A stretch of DNA of 64,000 bases from an uncultured Chloroflexia bacterium. Lineage in GTDB: Bacteria; Chloroflexota; Limnocylindria; Limnocylindrales; CSP1-4. This document shows positions 18,683-28,364 of this stretch, one piece after another. Location of the stretch: the NCBI GenBank assembly GCA_963749705.1, contig CAVVNQ010000006.1:32001-96000 (forward strand), given 5' to 3'. The position numbers and the translations under genes are program-made. Under the pieces are notes generated by a model. That model saw only the letters and a list, made by a program, of their open reading frames with translations, was not told the origin of the DNA and did no database searches. Every line of letters begins with the position of its first letter. The stretch's first letter is position 1.

Positions 18683-20451
18683 CGGGCGGGCTCCGTACGG
18701 TTGACGCAGATCTCGATCGGGCCGCCGGCCCGCGGATCGAAGGCGTGGACCGCGCAGGCCACGCATGGATCGAACGAGTGGACCGTGCGCAGGATCTCGA
18801 GCGGCTGGCCCGGGTCGGCGACGCGGGTGCCCACCAGCGCCTGCTCGAGCGGGCCGCGGGTTCCGGTGTCATCGCGCGGGGAGGCGTTCCACGTGGTCGC
18901 GTCGACGATCTGGTAGTCGCCGATGACGCCGTCGTGGATCGAGACCCAGTGGCCCACGGCGCCCCGCGGCCCCTCGCCCAGCGACGAGCCCTCCGCCGAC
19001 GCCGGCCACGAGCCCGGATCCCACGATCCCCCATCGACCAGGGCGAGATCGCCGCTGGCGAAGTTGTCCTGCAGGTCGATCAGCCAGGCGCCGGCCTGTT
19101 TCGCCATGACCTTTGTCTCGACCGTCCTGGCGAGCATCCGACCGAGCGTGCTGAACAGCTCGGCCGGCTCCAACCCCAGCGTGGTCAGCGCCGTGTTCAT
19201 CGCGGCCCGGACGTCGATCTGGCCGTCGGCGTAGGCGACCGCCATCCGCGCCAGCGGGCCAACCTCCATCGGCTGCCCGTTGTAGCGCGGGGCCTTGAGC
19301 CAGCTGTACCTGGCCGCTCCCTCGAGCGAGGTCAGCGGAAGCGCAGGCCCGGAGTACGCAGGATCCGTTCGCCCGTTGACCGGTCGACGCGGTTCGCCAC
19401 TGTCGTCGTCCGCGTACCACGAGGCGGCCACGGATTCTGCAACCGAGCTCGCGTTCATCTCCGACAGCGACGCCAGGTTGCCCCCGAGGATCCGGCCCCT
19501 CGGCAGGTACAGCTTGCCGGTCTCGACGGCGGCACCCGGATAGTCGCCGAACGCCAGGTAGCTGCCCGACCCGACGCCGGTCTTGCCCCAGTCCGGATAC
19601 GCCTCCGCAAGCCGGAGCATGTCCGGCATCGCGACCCACGAGATGAACGTCTGGGCCTTGCTGATCAGATCGTTGATCAGGGTGAGTCCCGCGTCGCTCA
19701 GCGCCGACGGCGTGTTGCGGTCCGGCAGCTGGGGATGCTCGCCGGCGCGCCGGGCGGGCGGCCCGCCCCAGGGCGGCGTGAGCGAGACGCCGCCGACGAG
19801 ATACGACTGCGGATGCGGATCGCGACCGCCCAGCAGCGTGTGGATGCGCATGAAGTCGCGCTGCCAGTCGAGCGCCTCGATCGCATGTGCCAGCAGGACC
19901 AGGCTCAGCTCCGGCGACAGCCGGTAGCCCGGGTGACCCGCGAACGACGCCCCGAACGGGCCAGCCTGCCCGGACGAGGTCGACGCGGCAAGCCGGTCAC
20001 GGACACCGGCGAAGTACGACGGGCTGGACTTCGGCCAGTCGCTCATCGAGCGTGCAAGCGCCGAGGCTGCCTCGGGGTCCGCGCCCAGCGCGACCGTCGT
20101 GTCGGCCCAGTCCGGGAGCTGGGCGAGGTAGAACCGGACGATGTGGTCGCGAACCGCGAGCGTGGCCGCGAGGATGTTGCGCACCAGCCGGGCGTTGTCC
20201 GGGATCGTGATGCCCAGCGCGTCCTCCACCGCCCGCACCGATGCCAGGGCGTGGACACCCGTGCAGGTGCCGCACACGCGGTCGGCGATCATCCAGGCAT
20301 CCCTGGGATCCCGTCCCCGGAGGACCAGCTCAAGGCCCCGGAACATGGTCCCGGCGCTCCACGCATCGCGGACCTCGCCGCCGACGACGTCAGCCTCGAT
20401 CCGCAGGTGGCCGCCGACGCGGGTGACCGGGTCGATGGCGATGCGGGCCAT
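18679..20451 (-). CDS. hyaB: Group 1 [NiFe]-hydrogenase large subunit (divergent)
   Basis: RVCGTCTGVH and SFDPCVACAVH, RGLE, YSWLKAPRY, EVGPLAR, PRG, 21-aa C-terminal extension. Confidence 0.95.
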   Translation of the reverse strand: MARIAIDPVTRVGGHLRIEADVVGGEVRDAWSAGTMFRGLELVLRGRDPRDAWMIADRVCGTCTGVHALASVRAVEDALGITIPDNARLVRNILAATLAVRDHIVRFYLAQLPDWADTTVALGADPEAASALARSMSDWPKSSPSYFAGVRDRLAASTSSGQAGPFGASFAGHPGYRLSPELSLVLLAHAIEALDWQRDFMRIHTLLGGRDPHPQSYLVGGVSLTPPWGGPPARRAGEHPQLPDRNTPSALSDAGLTLINDLISKAQTFISWVAMPDMLRLAEAYPDWGKTGVGSGSYLAFGDYPGAAVETGKLYLPRGRILGGNLASLSEMNASSVAESVAASWYADDDSGEPRRPVNGRTDPAYSGPALPLTSLEGAARYSWLKAPRYNGQPMEVGPLARMAVAYADGQIDVRAAMNTALTTLGLEPAELFSTLGRMLARTVETKVMAKQAGAWLIDLQDNFASGDLALVDGGSWDPGSWPASAEGSSLGEGPRGAVGHWVSIHDGVIGDYQIVDATTWNASPRDDTGTRGPLEQALVGTRVADPGQPLEILRTVHSFDPCVACAVHAFDPRAGGPIEICVNRTEPAR

Positions 20452-20452
20452 G

Positions 20453-21739
20453 TCAGCGCACCCCCGGATCGTCGCCGGCAGGCGGGGCGGGTCGCTCGTC
20501 CATCGGGACATCGGTCGATGCGGCGTGCTCAGGTGCGCTCGCGGCGGACGCGCCGGGCCCCGCGGCCTCGGGCGGCGGCGTGATGGTCGTGCCGGTCGAT
20601 GGCGGGACGGCGACCGGCGTCGCCTCGGCGGCGGCAGCGGCGGCAGCCGCTTCCGCGGCTCGTCTCTCCGCTCGCGCGCCGAGACGCGTGCGCGCGTACA
20701 TCCCGACACCGTGGGCGGCCGCCACGGCGCCGATGCCGCCGACGAGCGCCGTGCCGACCCCGTCCGCGGTCACGTTGGGGAAGAACGGCACGGGCGACGG
20801 GAGGCGCCGGTAGAACGGGCTCATCGCGTCCCAGAAGTCCGGCATCGTGCACCCGATGCAGCCGTGGCCGGCGTGGATCGGCCAGCTCGTGCCCTGGGCG
20901 AACCGCTGGGTCGCGCAGTTGCCGAACGACTCGGGTCCCTTGCAGCCCATCTTGTACAGGCACCAGCCCTTCTGGGCACCCTCGTCGCCCCACGCCTGCA
21001 CGAACTCGCCGAACTCGAAGTGCGGCCGGCGCTCGCACTCGTTGTGGATCAATGGGCCGTAGGCGAACAGCGGTCGACCCCGTCCGTCGGTCGCCGGCCA
21101 CTCGCCGAGGGTCAGGTAGTGGACGATCGTCGCGGCCAGGTTGTCGACGTTGAGCGGACAGCCCGGGAGCGCGATGTAGGCGCCGCCGCCCGACGTGATC
21201 TCGCGCACGCCGCGGGCGTCCGTGATGCCGCCGCCCGCGCCCGGAGCCCCACCGTCGAACGCACAGGCGCCGACGGCGATCGTGGCCAGCGCCCCGTCGC
21301 ACACCTCGCGCACGATGTCGGCGAACGGACGCCCGCCCACCATGCAGTACGCGCCGCCGGCCCCGGTCGGGATCGATCCCTCGACCACGGCCAGGTAGCC
21401 GTTCGGGAAGCGGTCCATCGCGTTGGTGCGCGCCAGCTCGGCGGCGGCACCCGACGGAGCCATCAGCGTCTCGTGGTACTCGACGGACAACAGGTCGAGC
21501 AGGAGCGATGCTGCCGTCGGGTCGGCCGCGCGGAGGAACGCCTCCGTCTCGCCGCCACAGTCCTGGCCGCGCAGCCAGATCACGGGCAGGCGCGGCGCGT
21601 TGGCGACGGCCTCCGCGATCCGGGGCGCGTACGTGGCCGGCAGCGCGAGGGCAGCCGCCATCGCGGTCGAGAACTTGAGGAATGAGCGCCGGGTCATCCC
21701 ACGCCGGACCAGCGCGGCGTAGAGCCCGTCGTCAATCAT
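20453..21739 (-). CDS. hyaA: Group 1 [NiFe]-hydrogenase small subunit, Tat-exported and membrane-anchored
   Basis: TRRSFLK, YHETLM, GAC, PGCP, HNEC, CLYKMGCKGP, WP..AGHGCIGC, C-terminal TM helix with His. Confidence 0.95.
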   Translation of the reverse strand: MIDDGLYAALVRRGMTRRSFLKFSTAMAAALALPATYAPRIAEAVANAPRLPVIWLRGQDCGGETEAFLRAADPTAASLLLDLLSVEYHETLMAPSGAAAELARTNAMDRFPNGYLAVVEGSIPTGAGGAYCMVGGRPFADIVREVCDGALATIAVGACAFDGGAPGAGGGITDARGVREITSGGGAYIALPGCPLNVDNLAATIVHYLTLGEWPATDGRGRPLFAYGPLIHNECERRPHFEFGEFVQAWGDEGAQKGWCLYKMGCKGPESFGNCATQRFAQGTSWPIHAGHGCIGCTMPDFWDAMSPFYRRLPSPVPFFPNVTADGVGTALVGGIGAVAAAHGVGMYARTRLGARAERRAAEAAAAAAAAEATPVAVPPSTGTTITPPPEAAGPGASAASAPEHAASTDVPMDERPAPPAGDDPGVR

Positions 21740-22267
21740 CACGTCAAACTCGCTCGTTCGCCGTGGCGGGCGGGTGCCGGAGGCCCCACATCGGCCACAG
21801 CATGATCACGGGACGCCGGTACCGATGATGGAAGACACGGGGCCCGGATGGGCGTGCCACTGGTCGCCGTCCGGCCCTGCCAAGGGCATGGTTCGAAGGC
21901 CCGGATGGCCACGGGCGGCGGGTCGGACGGCAGGGTCCGGCCCGACGCCGGGGGTTCGCGACACGATCCCCGGGGGTTTCAAAAGCGTGACGATTTGCGG
22001 CTCCTGGTCGGCGGCCGGCCGGGCGAGCCAGCCGAGCGAGCCAGCCGCCTGCCGATCGGGGCGAGCAACCCGCAGGAGCGCCCGGGCTCGCCCGTCACCC
22101 GCGGCGGGCCGTGTTTCGCGCGGTCCGCAGGGGGACGGGTGCCGCGCCTGCCGCGTCCATGCAAGGTCGCCCCATCGCCATGGTCGTCGTCGCGGGGCTA
22201 GCATCCACGGACAACCGACCGCGTCCCCGCGGCCAGTCCACCATCGGCGAAATGGAGGAGGGCACTC

Positions 22268-25200
22268 ATGCCGAACGCGCGGCTTGCCCACAGGCGCGCG
22301 GCGATTCTCGCCGTCGCGGCAGCTCTGGTAGCGGGATCGGCAGGTGCGGCCCTGCCCACTCCGGCCGCTGCCGCATCACCCGACGTCGTCATCAGCCAGG
22401 TCTACGGCGGTGGCGGCAACAGCGGCGCCACGTACACCAACGACTTCGTGGAGCTGTTCAACCGCGGGACCTCGACGGTCTCCGTGGACGGCTGGTCCGT
22501 GCAGTACACGTCGGCGACGGGGACCGGCAACTTCGGTGCCAACACCGGCCAGATCACCCCGCTCGCCGGCTCGATCGCGCCCGGCCAGTACCTCCTCGTC
22601 CAGGAGGCCCAGGGGTCCGGTGGGACGACCTCGCTCCCGACACCCGACGTCACCGACGCGACGGCGATCAACATGTCCGGCAGCTCGGGCAAGGTCGCGC
22701 TTGTCAACACGGACGCGTCGCTCGGCTGCAACGGCGGCAGCAATCCCTGCGACGCGTCGCAGCTCGCCCAGATCGTCGACCTCGTCGGCTGGGGCAGCGC
22801 GAACTTCTTCGAGGGCTCGGCCGCCGCACCGGGAACCTCGAACACCACCGCCGTCCTGCGCGCGAGCGGCGGCTGCACCGACACCGATGACAACAGCGCC
22901 GACTTCACGGCGGACGCCCCGACGCCGCGCAGCTCGGCCTCGCCGCTTCACAGCTGCACGGGTCCGACGGACCCGAGCGGCGTCGGCACCGCGACGCCGA
23001 ACAGCCTGTTCGCCGGCAATTCGACGCTGCTGACGGTCGATGTGACGCCGGGCGCGAACCCGGCCAGCACCGGCCTGGCCGTCACCTGCGACCTGACCGC
23101 GATCGGCGGCTCCGCGACCCAGTCGCTGGTCGACGACGGCACCGGTGGTGACGCTGTGGCCGGCGATCTGACGTTCTCGTTCGAGGCTTCGCTCGCCAAT
23201 GACACGGCCGGCGGGGAGCTCAGCCTCCCGTGCACGGTCACCGACGCCCAGTCGCGCACCGGCAGCGCGACGATCGCGATCACGGTCCTGGAGATCCTTC
23301 CGATCGGGACCGTCAATGGTCCGGTCCTGAACGGCGACAGCGGGACCGCGCACGTGTCGCCATACGCCGGAAAGACCGTGACCGTCCAGGGCGTGATCTA
23401 CGAGAACACCCTGCAGGCGATCAGCAACTCCTCGAACACCTACAAGGGCTTCTTTCTCCAGAACACCGCCGCGACGGCCGACGGCGACGCGACGACGTCC
23501 GACGGGCTGTTCGCGTTCATGGGCACGTTCGGCGACATCTTCGACTCGAGCGGCGGCTTCTACGTTCCCCAGGTCGGTGACGAGGTCGTCGTGTCGGGCC
23601 GTGTCAGCGAGTACTACAACATGACCGAGCTTGGCAGCCTGCGGCTGATCAAGGTCGTGCGCCAGCGACGTTTCCATCGACGCCGAGATCCCGGCCGCGG
23701 TCGCGAACCCACCGGTCTCGCTCGCCGACGCCAACCGCTACTGGGAGCGCCTCCAGGGCAGCCGGGTGCAGGTCCCCGCGGGCAGCATCGTGCTCGGCGG
23801 CCGCAACGTGTTCAACCCGGCCGATGCCGAGATCTGGGTCGCACGATCCGACAGCACGATCGCGCAGCGCCCCAAGCTCTACTGGCGCCGCGCCTTCCGC
23901 GACGCCCATCCGCTCGATGACAACTACGACCCGACCAGCTGGGACGGCAACGGGTACCGGATCCTGATGGGCAGCCTGGGTATCAAGGCGGCCGAGGCCG
24001 ACGGCCAGGCGCTGATCGACCCGGCTCGGACGTTCGACACGCTCACCAGCGCGCCGTCCGGCGGGCTCAACTACACCTTCGGCAAGTACCGGGTCGAGAT
24101 CACCGAGCAGCCCGTGCTCAGTGAGGGCGTCGACCCATCGGCCGACAACCCGCCGCAGGCCTTCGATCGAAGCCTGCGCTACAGCATCGCCGACTACAAC
24201 CTCGAGAACCTGTACGACTACCGCGACGACCCGTTCTCCGGCTGCGACTTCACCGGTGACAGCGGGTGCCCCAAGGTCTACCCGTTCCTCGGACCGGTGA
24301 GCGCGCCGTTTGACTACGTGCCGGCCAGCGACGCCGCGTACCAGGCGCGGCTGGGCGACATCGCGCACCAGGTCATCACCGACCTCCACAGCCCGGACAT
24401 CCTGATGGTCCAGGAGGTGGAGAACCAGGACATCTGCACCGTGGCTGCGGGCGCGCTCGCCTGCGGCACGACCAACAACGCGGACGGCAAGCCCGACGTG
24501 CTCCAGGAGCTCGCGCTCCGGATCAGTGCCATGGGCGGCCCCGCCTACGATGCCGCGTTCGACCGCGACAGCTCGGACCTGCGGGGCATCGCGCCGGCGT
24601 TCCTCTACCGCACCGACCGGGTCGAGCTCCTGCCACCGGCGGGTGACCCGGTCCTGGGCGCCGACCCCGCGATCGGCGGCTTCACGTCGGTCCCGTACGA
24701 CGCAGACGTGTCCAACCCCAAGACCCTCAACGCCGAGCTGCCGGCCGGTGTCTCCGCGTGCGAGACCGCGTGGGTCTTCCCGCGCGCGCCCGGCGTCGCC
24801 CTGTTCCGGATCCACGGCACCGGGCTCGACGCCGATCTCCACCAGGACGTGTACGTGGTCAACAACCACTTCAAGAGCGGGCCGGACTCGTGCGTCGACC
24901 ACCGCACCGAGCAGGCCAGCTACAACGCGGCGCTGGTGGCCTTCCTCGAGCATGCCAACCCGAACGCCCGGGTCGTCGTCGGCGGCGACCTGAACGTCTA
25001 TCCGCGACCGGACGACCCGTTCGCGCCCATCGGACAGGCCGGCTCGAGCGACCAGCTCGGCGCCCTCTACGACCCGGGTCTCGGGCTGAAGAACCTGTGG
25101 GAGGTCCTGCTCGGCCAGGCCCCCGCGTCCGCCTACTCCTACGTCTACCAGGGGATGGCGCAGACCCTCGACCAGATGTTCGTGACCCCCGCGATGCTCG

Positions 25201-25655
25201 CGAACCTCGACCAGTTCCGCATCGCCCACATCAACAGCGACTTCCCCGCCGACTACACGGGCGACGTCGCGCGCGGAACCAGCGACCATGATCCGGGCGT
25301 CGCCACATTCGTGGTCCCGTTCCCGTTCAGCGGGTTCGGACCTCCGGTCGAGCCCGCGCCGGCGTTCAACGTCGCCAAGGCGGGCCGGACCGTGCCCGTG
25401 AAGTTCAGCCTCGGCGGCGACCGAGGGCCGGACATCTTCGCCAGCGGGCCGACGGCGACGCCGATCTCGTGCGCGGATGGAACGCCGACCGGCGCCGCCG
25501 TGGCCGCAATGGGCAGCCTCCGGTATGACCGGGTCGCCGACCAGTACGTCTACACGTGGAGGACCGACAGGTCATGGGCCGGCACCTGTGAACAGCTGAG
25601 CTTCACGCTCGTCGACGGGACGTCGCACGAGGCCTGGTTCGACTTCCGGAAATAG
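22268..25655 (+). pseudogene. Extracellular ExeM/NucH-like nuclease (lamin-tail, OB-fold, EEP and PxKF domains), split by a +1 frameshift near 23660
   Basis: Signal peptide, VVISQVYGGGGN, NLENL, VQEVEN, NNHFKS, GDLN, TLDQ, SDHDP, VPVKF; coding sense continues in the next frame (SDVSIDAEIPAAV...). Confidence 0.8.
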
Positions 25656-25684
25656 CGCGTCGTCGCACGACGACCGTCCATCCT

Positions 25685-25709
25685 GGGCCCCGGCACCGCC
25701 GGGGCCCTT
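25685..25709. terminator. GC hairpin between convergent genes
   Basis: gggccccggc-acc-gccggggccc. Confidence 0.6.
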
Positions 25710-25715
25710 CGGCGT

Positions 25716-26003
25716 CTAGCCCCGCAGGGCGCCCGCGCCGTGGAACACGACGAGCGTCTCCCGGCGGCTCCCCGAGCCGACCTGTTGGTCGGCAACCACG
25801 GCGTGACCGGACAACGTTCGACCGCCGGCGGTTCGGCCGGTGAGCTCGCCGTCGGCCACGGCCGGGCATGCGCGCGTCAGCACGCGAGCGACCCATTGCG
25901 GCTGACCCTGGGGGTCGTTCCAGCAGTCCATGGTCGCGCTGGGCAGCGGGACCCCGGCGAAGGTCACGTCAAGGAGGGCAAAGCGCTCGTGTTTCAGGGC
26001 CAC
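25716..26003 (-). CDS. Hypothetical protein (95 aa)
   Basis: Globular-looking ORF with a TACTGT -10 six nt before GTG. Confidence 0.65.
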   Translation of the reverse strand: MALKHERFALLDVTFAGVPLPSATMDCWNDPQGQPQWVARVLTRACPAVADGELTGRTAGGRTLSGHAVVADQQVGSGSRRETLVVFHGAGALRG

Positions 26004-26039
26004 GTGCCAACAGTACTCCCGGTTGCGCCCGAATCGAAG

Positions 26040-26061
26040 AACCCCTCCGCCCGGAGGGGTT
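26040..26061 (-). terminator. Intrinsic terminator downstream of the tRNA
   Basis: aacccctcc-gccc-ggaggggtt followed by a T-rich run on the minus strand. Confidence 0.75.
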
Positions 26062-26083
26062 GGTTCGTGGATGCGACCGGGGT

Positions 26084-26158
26084 TGGTGAGCGCGCAGGGA
26101 TTCGAACCCTGAACCTAGTGATTAAGAGTCACTTGCTCTACCGTTGAGCTACGCGCCC
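26084..26158 (-). tRNA. tRNA-Lys(CTT)
   Basis: GGGCGCGTAGCTCAACGGTAGAGC-AGTGA-CTCTTAA-TCACT-...GGTTCGAATCC...ACCA cloverleaf with encoded CCA. Confidence 0.97.
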
Positions 26159-26394
26159 GGACCGGCGGAAGGATAGCGCAAGTCCCCCGCCCAGCGCGAT
26201 GGCGGCGGTGCCGCACCAACCCGGGCCGCTGACGCCCACCACGCATCAATTCTCGACGACGCGCGTCGGTTCGATCCCTCCCGGGCATCGTCGCGACGAG
26301 TTGAGGGACCGAATCGGTCGACCTGATGTCCACCAGGCGCCGAGCGGACGTCACCCGGCCAATGTTGATGCCGCCGGGGCATCACCTCGGTCGC

Positions 26395-27903
26395 TCAGCC
26401 CGGCTGGTTGTCGATCTGCGCGCGCTGCAGCCGGCCGCTGAAGTCGACGTACACGGCCTTCCACTCCGTGAACGTGTCGAGCGCCACGTGGCCCGCCTCG
26501 CGGTGGCCGTTCCCGGTGTTCTTCCAGCCACCGAACGGCAGGTGGGTCTCGGCGCCCGTCGTGCCGGCATTGACGTACACGATCCCGGTCTCGAAGTCGC
26601 GCATCGCGCGGAAGGCGAGGTTCACGTCGCGGGTGTACACCGATGCCGACAGCCCGTACCGAACCTGGTTGGCGGCCGTCATCGCCTCGTCGTAGCCGTC
26701 GACCGGCACGACCGAGAGCACGGGGCCGAAGATCTCCTCCTGGGCGATGGTTGCCATCGGGGCGACGCCGTGGAAGATGGTCGGCTGGAAGAAGTGGCCA
26801 TGGTCCAGTTCGGCGCCGGTCGCACGCGCGCCACCGGTGACCAGCTCGCCCTCCCGGTTGCCGATGGCGACGTAGCGCTCGACCTTCTCGGAGGCTGCGG
26901 CGTTGACGAGGGGCCCGACATCGACCGTCTCATCGAGCCCGGAGCCCAGGCGGAGCGCCCTCGTCCTCGTCTCGAGGCGCGCCACCAGGTCGTCGGCGAC
27001 GGCCCGGTCCACGATCACCCGCGAGCACGCGGTGCACCGCTGGCCCGTCGTCCCGAACGCCGACCACAGGATCCCGTCGACCGCGAGGTCGAGGTCCGCA
27101 TCCCGCAGCACGACGACGGCGTTCTTGCCGCCCAGCTCGAGGCTGAGGCGCTTGAGCCGCCGGCCCGCTCGTTCCGCGATCGTCCGGCCCGTCGAGGAGG
27201 AGCCGGTGAACGAGATCACCTCGATGTCCGGATCGTCCACGATCGGGTCGCCGACGTCCGCGCCCGACCCGGTGACCAGGTTGACGACGCCCGGCGGGAA
27301 CCCGGCCTCATCCATCAGCTCGACCAGGAGCGTCGCGCAGTGGGGCGCATCGCTCGAGGGTTTGAACACGACGGCGTTGCCGGCGACGAGCGCGGGCATC
27401 ATCTTCCAGCACGGGATCGCGATCGGGAAGTTCCAGGGCGTGATGATCCCGGCGATCCCGATCGGCTGGCGGATGCTCATCGCCCACTTGTCGGGCAGCT
27501 CCGAGGGGACCGTGTCGCCGAACATCCGGCGACCCTCGCCCGCCATCAGGAACGCGATGTCGATCCCTTCCTGGACGTCTCCCCGAGCCTCGGCCAGGAC
27601 CTTGCCCATCTCGCGGGTCATCGCCCGGGCGAGCCGCTCCTTGTGCTCCGCCATGAGCGCGCCGAAGCGGTACAGCAGCTCCCCGCGCTTGGGGGCGGGC
27701 GTCGCCTTCCATGCCGGCAGCGCCATGTCGGCCGCGCGGACCGCCATCGCCACGTCGGCCGGCGTGCCCGCCTGAAAGCGCCCGACGACATCTCGCGTGT
27801 CGGCGGGGTTGACGCTCTCGAACGTCTCGCCGGACACGCCATCGACCCAGCGGCCGGCGATGAACAGGCGAAAGGTGTCGGTGGTTGCGGCTGCCTCGGG
27901 CAT
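26395..27903 (-). CDS. NAD(P)-dependent aldehyde dehydrogenase
   Basis: ITPWNFP, FTGS, LELGGKN, GQRCTA, EEIFGP, PFGG. Confidence 0.96.
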   Translation of the reverse strand: MPEAAATTDTFRLFIAGRWVDGVSGETFESVNPADTRDVVGRFQAGTPADVAMAVRAADMALPAWKATPAPKRGELLYRFGALMAEHKERLARAMTREMGKVLAEARGDVQEGIDIAFLMAGEGRRMFGDTVPSELPDKWAMSIRQPIGIAGIITPWNFPIAIPCWKMMPALVAGNAVVFKPSSDAPHCATLLVELMDEAGFPPGVVNLVTGSGADVGDPIVDDPDIEVISFTGSSSTGRTIAERAGRRLKRLSLELGGKNAVVVLRDADLDLAVDGILWSAFGTTGQRCTACSRVIVDRAVADDLVARLETRTRALRLGSGLDETVDVGPLVNAAASEKVERYVAIGNREGELVTGGARATGAELDHGHFFQPTIFHGVAPMATIAQEEIFGPVLSVVPVDGYDEAMTAANQVRYGLSASVYTRDVNLAFRAMRDFETGIVYVNAGTTGAETHLPFGGWKNTGNGHREAGHVALDTFTEWKAVYVDFSGRLQRAQIDNQPG

Positions 27904-28035
27904 CGGGGTCCTCGGGCTGGTGGTCGGCGGATGGGTTGATCGTCAGCGGTGCAGGCGCGCTTCGTCAATGACGGCGTTGCAGGGGGTGGGTCCACGCGGC
28001 CGGGGTCGGATCCCTGGTTCGACAGCGCTGCCCTC

Positions 28036-28299
28036 GTGATCGAGAATCGGCGTCAGGAGGACGTGCGCGTGGCCCTGGAAGTCGAGGCGATCAACCCCAT
28101 CCGGATCGGCGCGTTCCCCCCGAACCTGCTCTACGTGTTCGTGCGCTGGGAGGTGACCTGCGCGTTCTGCCGCACGCGCTTCCGTCGCTGGGCCCTGGAG
28201 CTGTTCTTCGGCTCGCGACTGAGCTGGGTCGGCTGTCCGGCGTGCGGGACGCACAACCTGCTGCCCCACCACCCGAAGCTGCGCGACCGGGGGTCGTGA
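28036..28299 (+). CDS. Small zinc-ribbon-like protein
   Basis: CAFC...CPAC pairs; GC3-rich codons. Confidence 0.6.
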   Translation: MIENRRQEDVRVALEVEAINPIRIGAFPPNLLYVFVRWEVTCAFCRTRFRRWALELFFGSRLSWVGCPACGTHNLLPHHPKLRDRGS

Positions 28300-28364
28300 C
28301 CTTCGTTCGGGCGGGGTCATTCCCTCGTGCCTCGCCGTCGCCGTCGCCGTCGCCGGCGCCCAGG

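Noticed and set aside
21742-22267. Rex/FNR/CRP site or small ORF upstream of the hydrogenase operon
   Set aside because: Only partial half-sites in a short AT-richer patch (~21977-21997); nothing convincing
22268-26158. Genomic island integrated at tRNA-Lys
   Set aside because: No integrase, no duplicated tRNA 3' end noticed, no obvious composition shift
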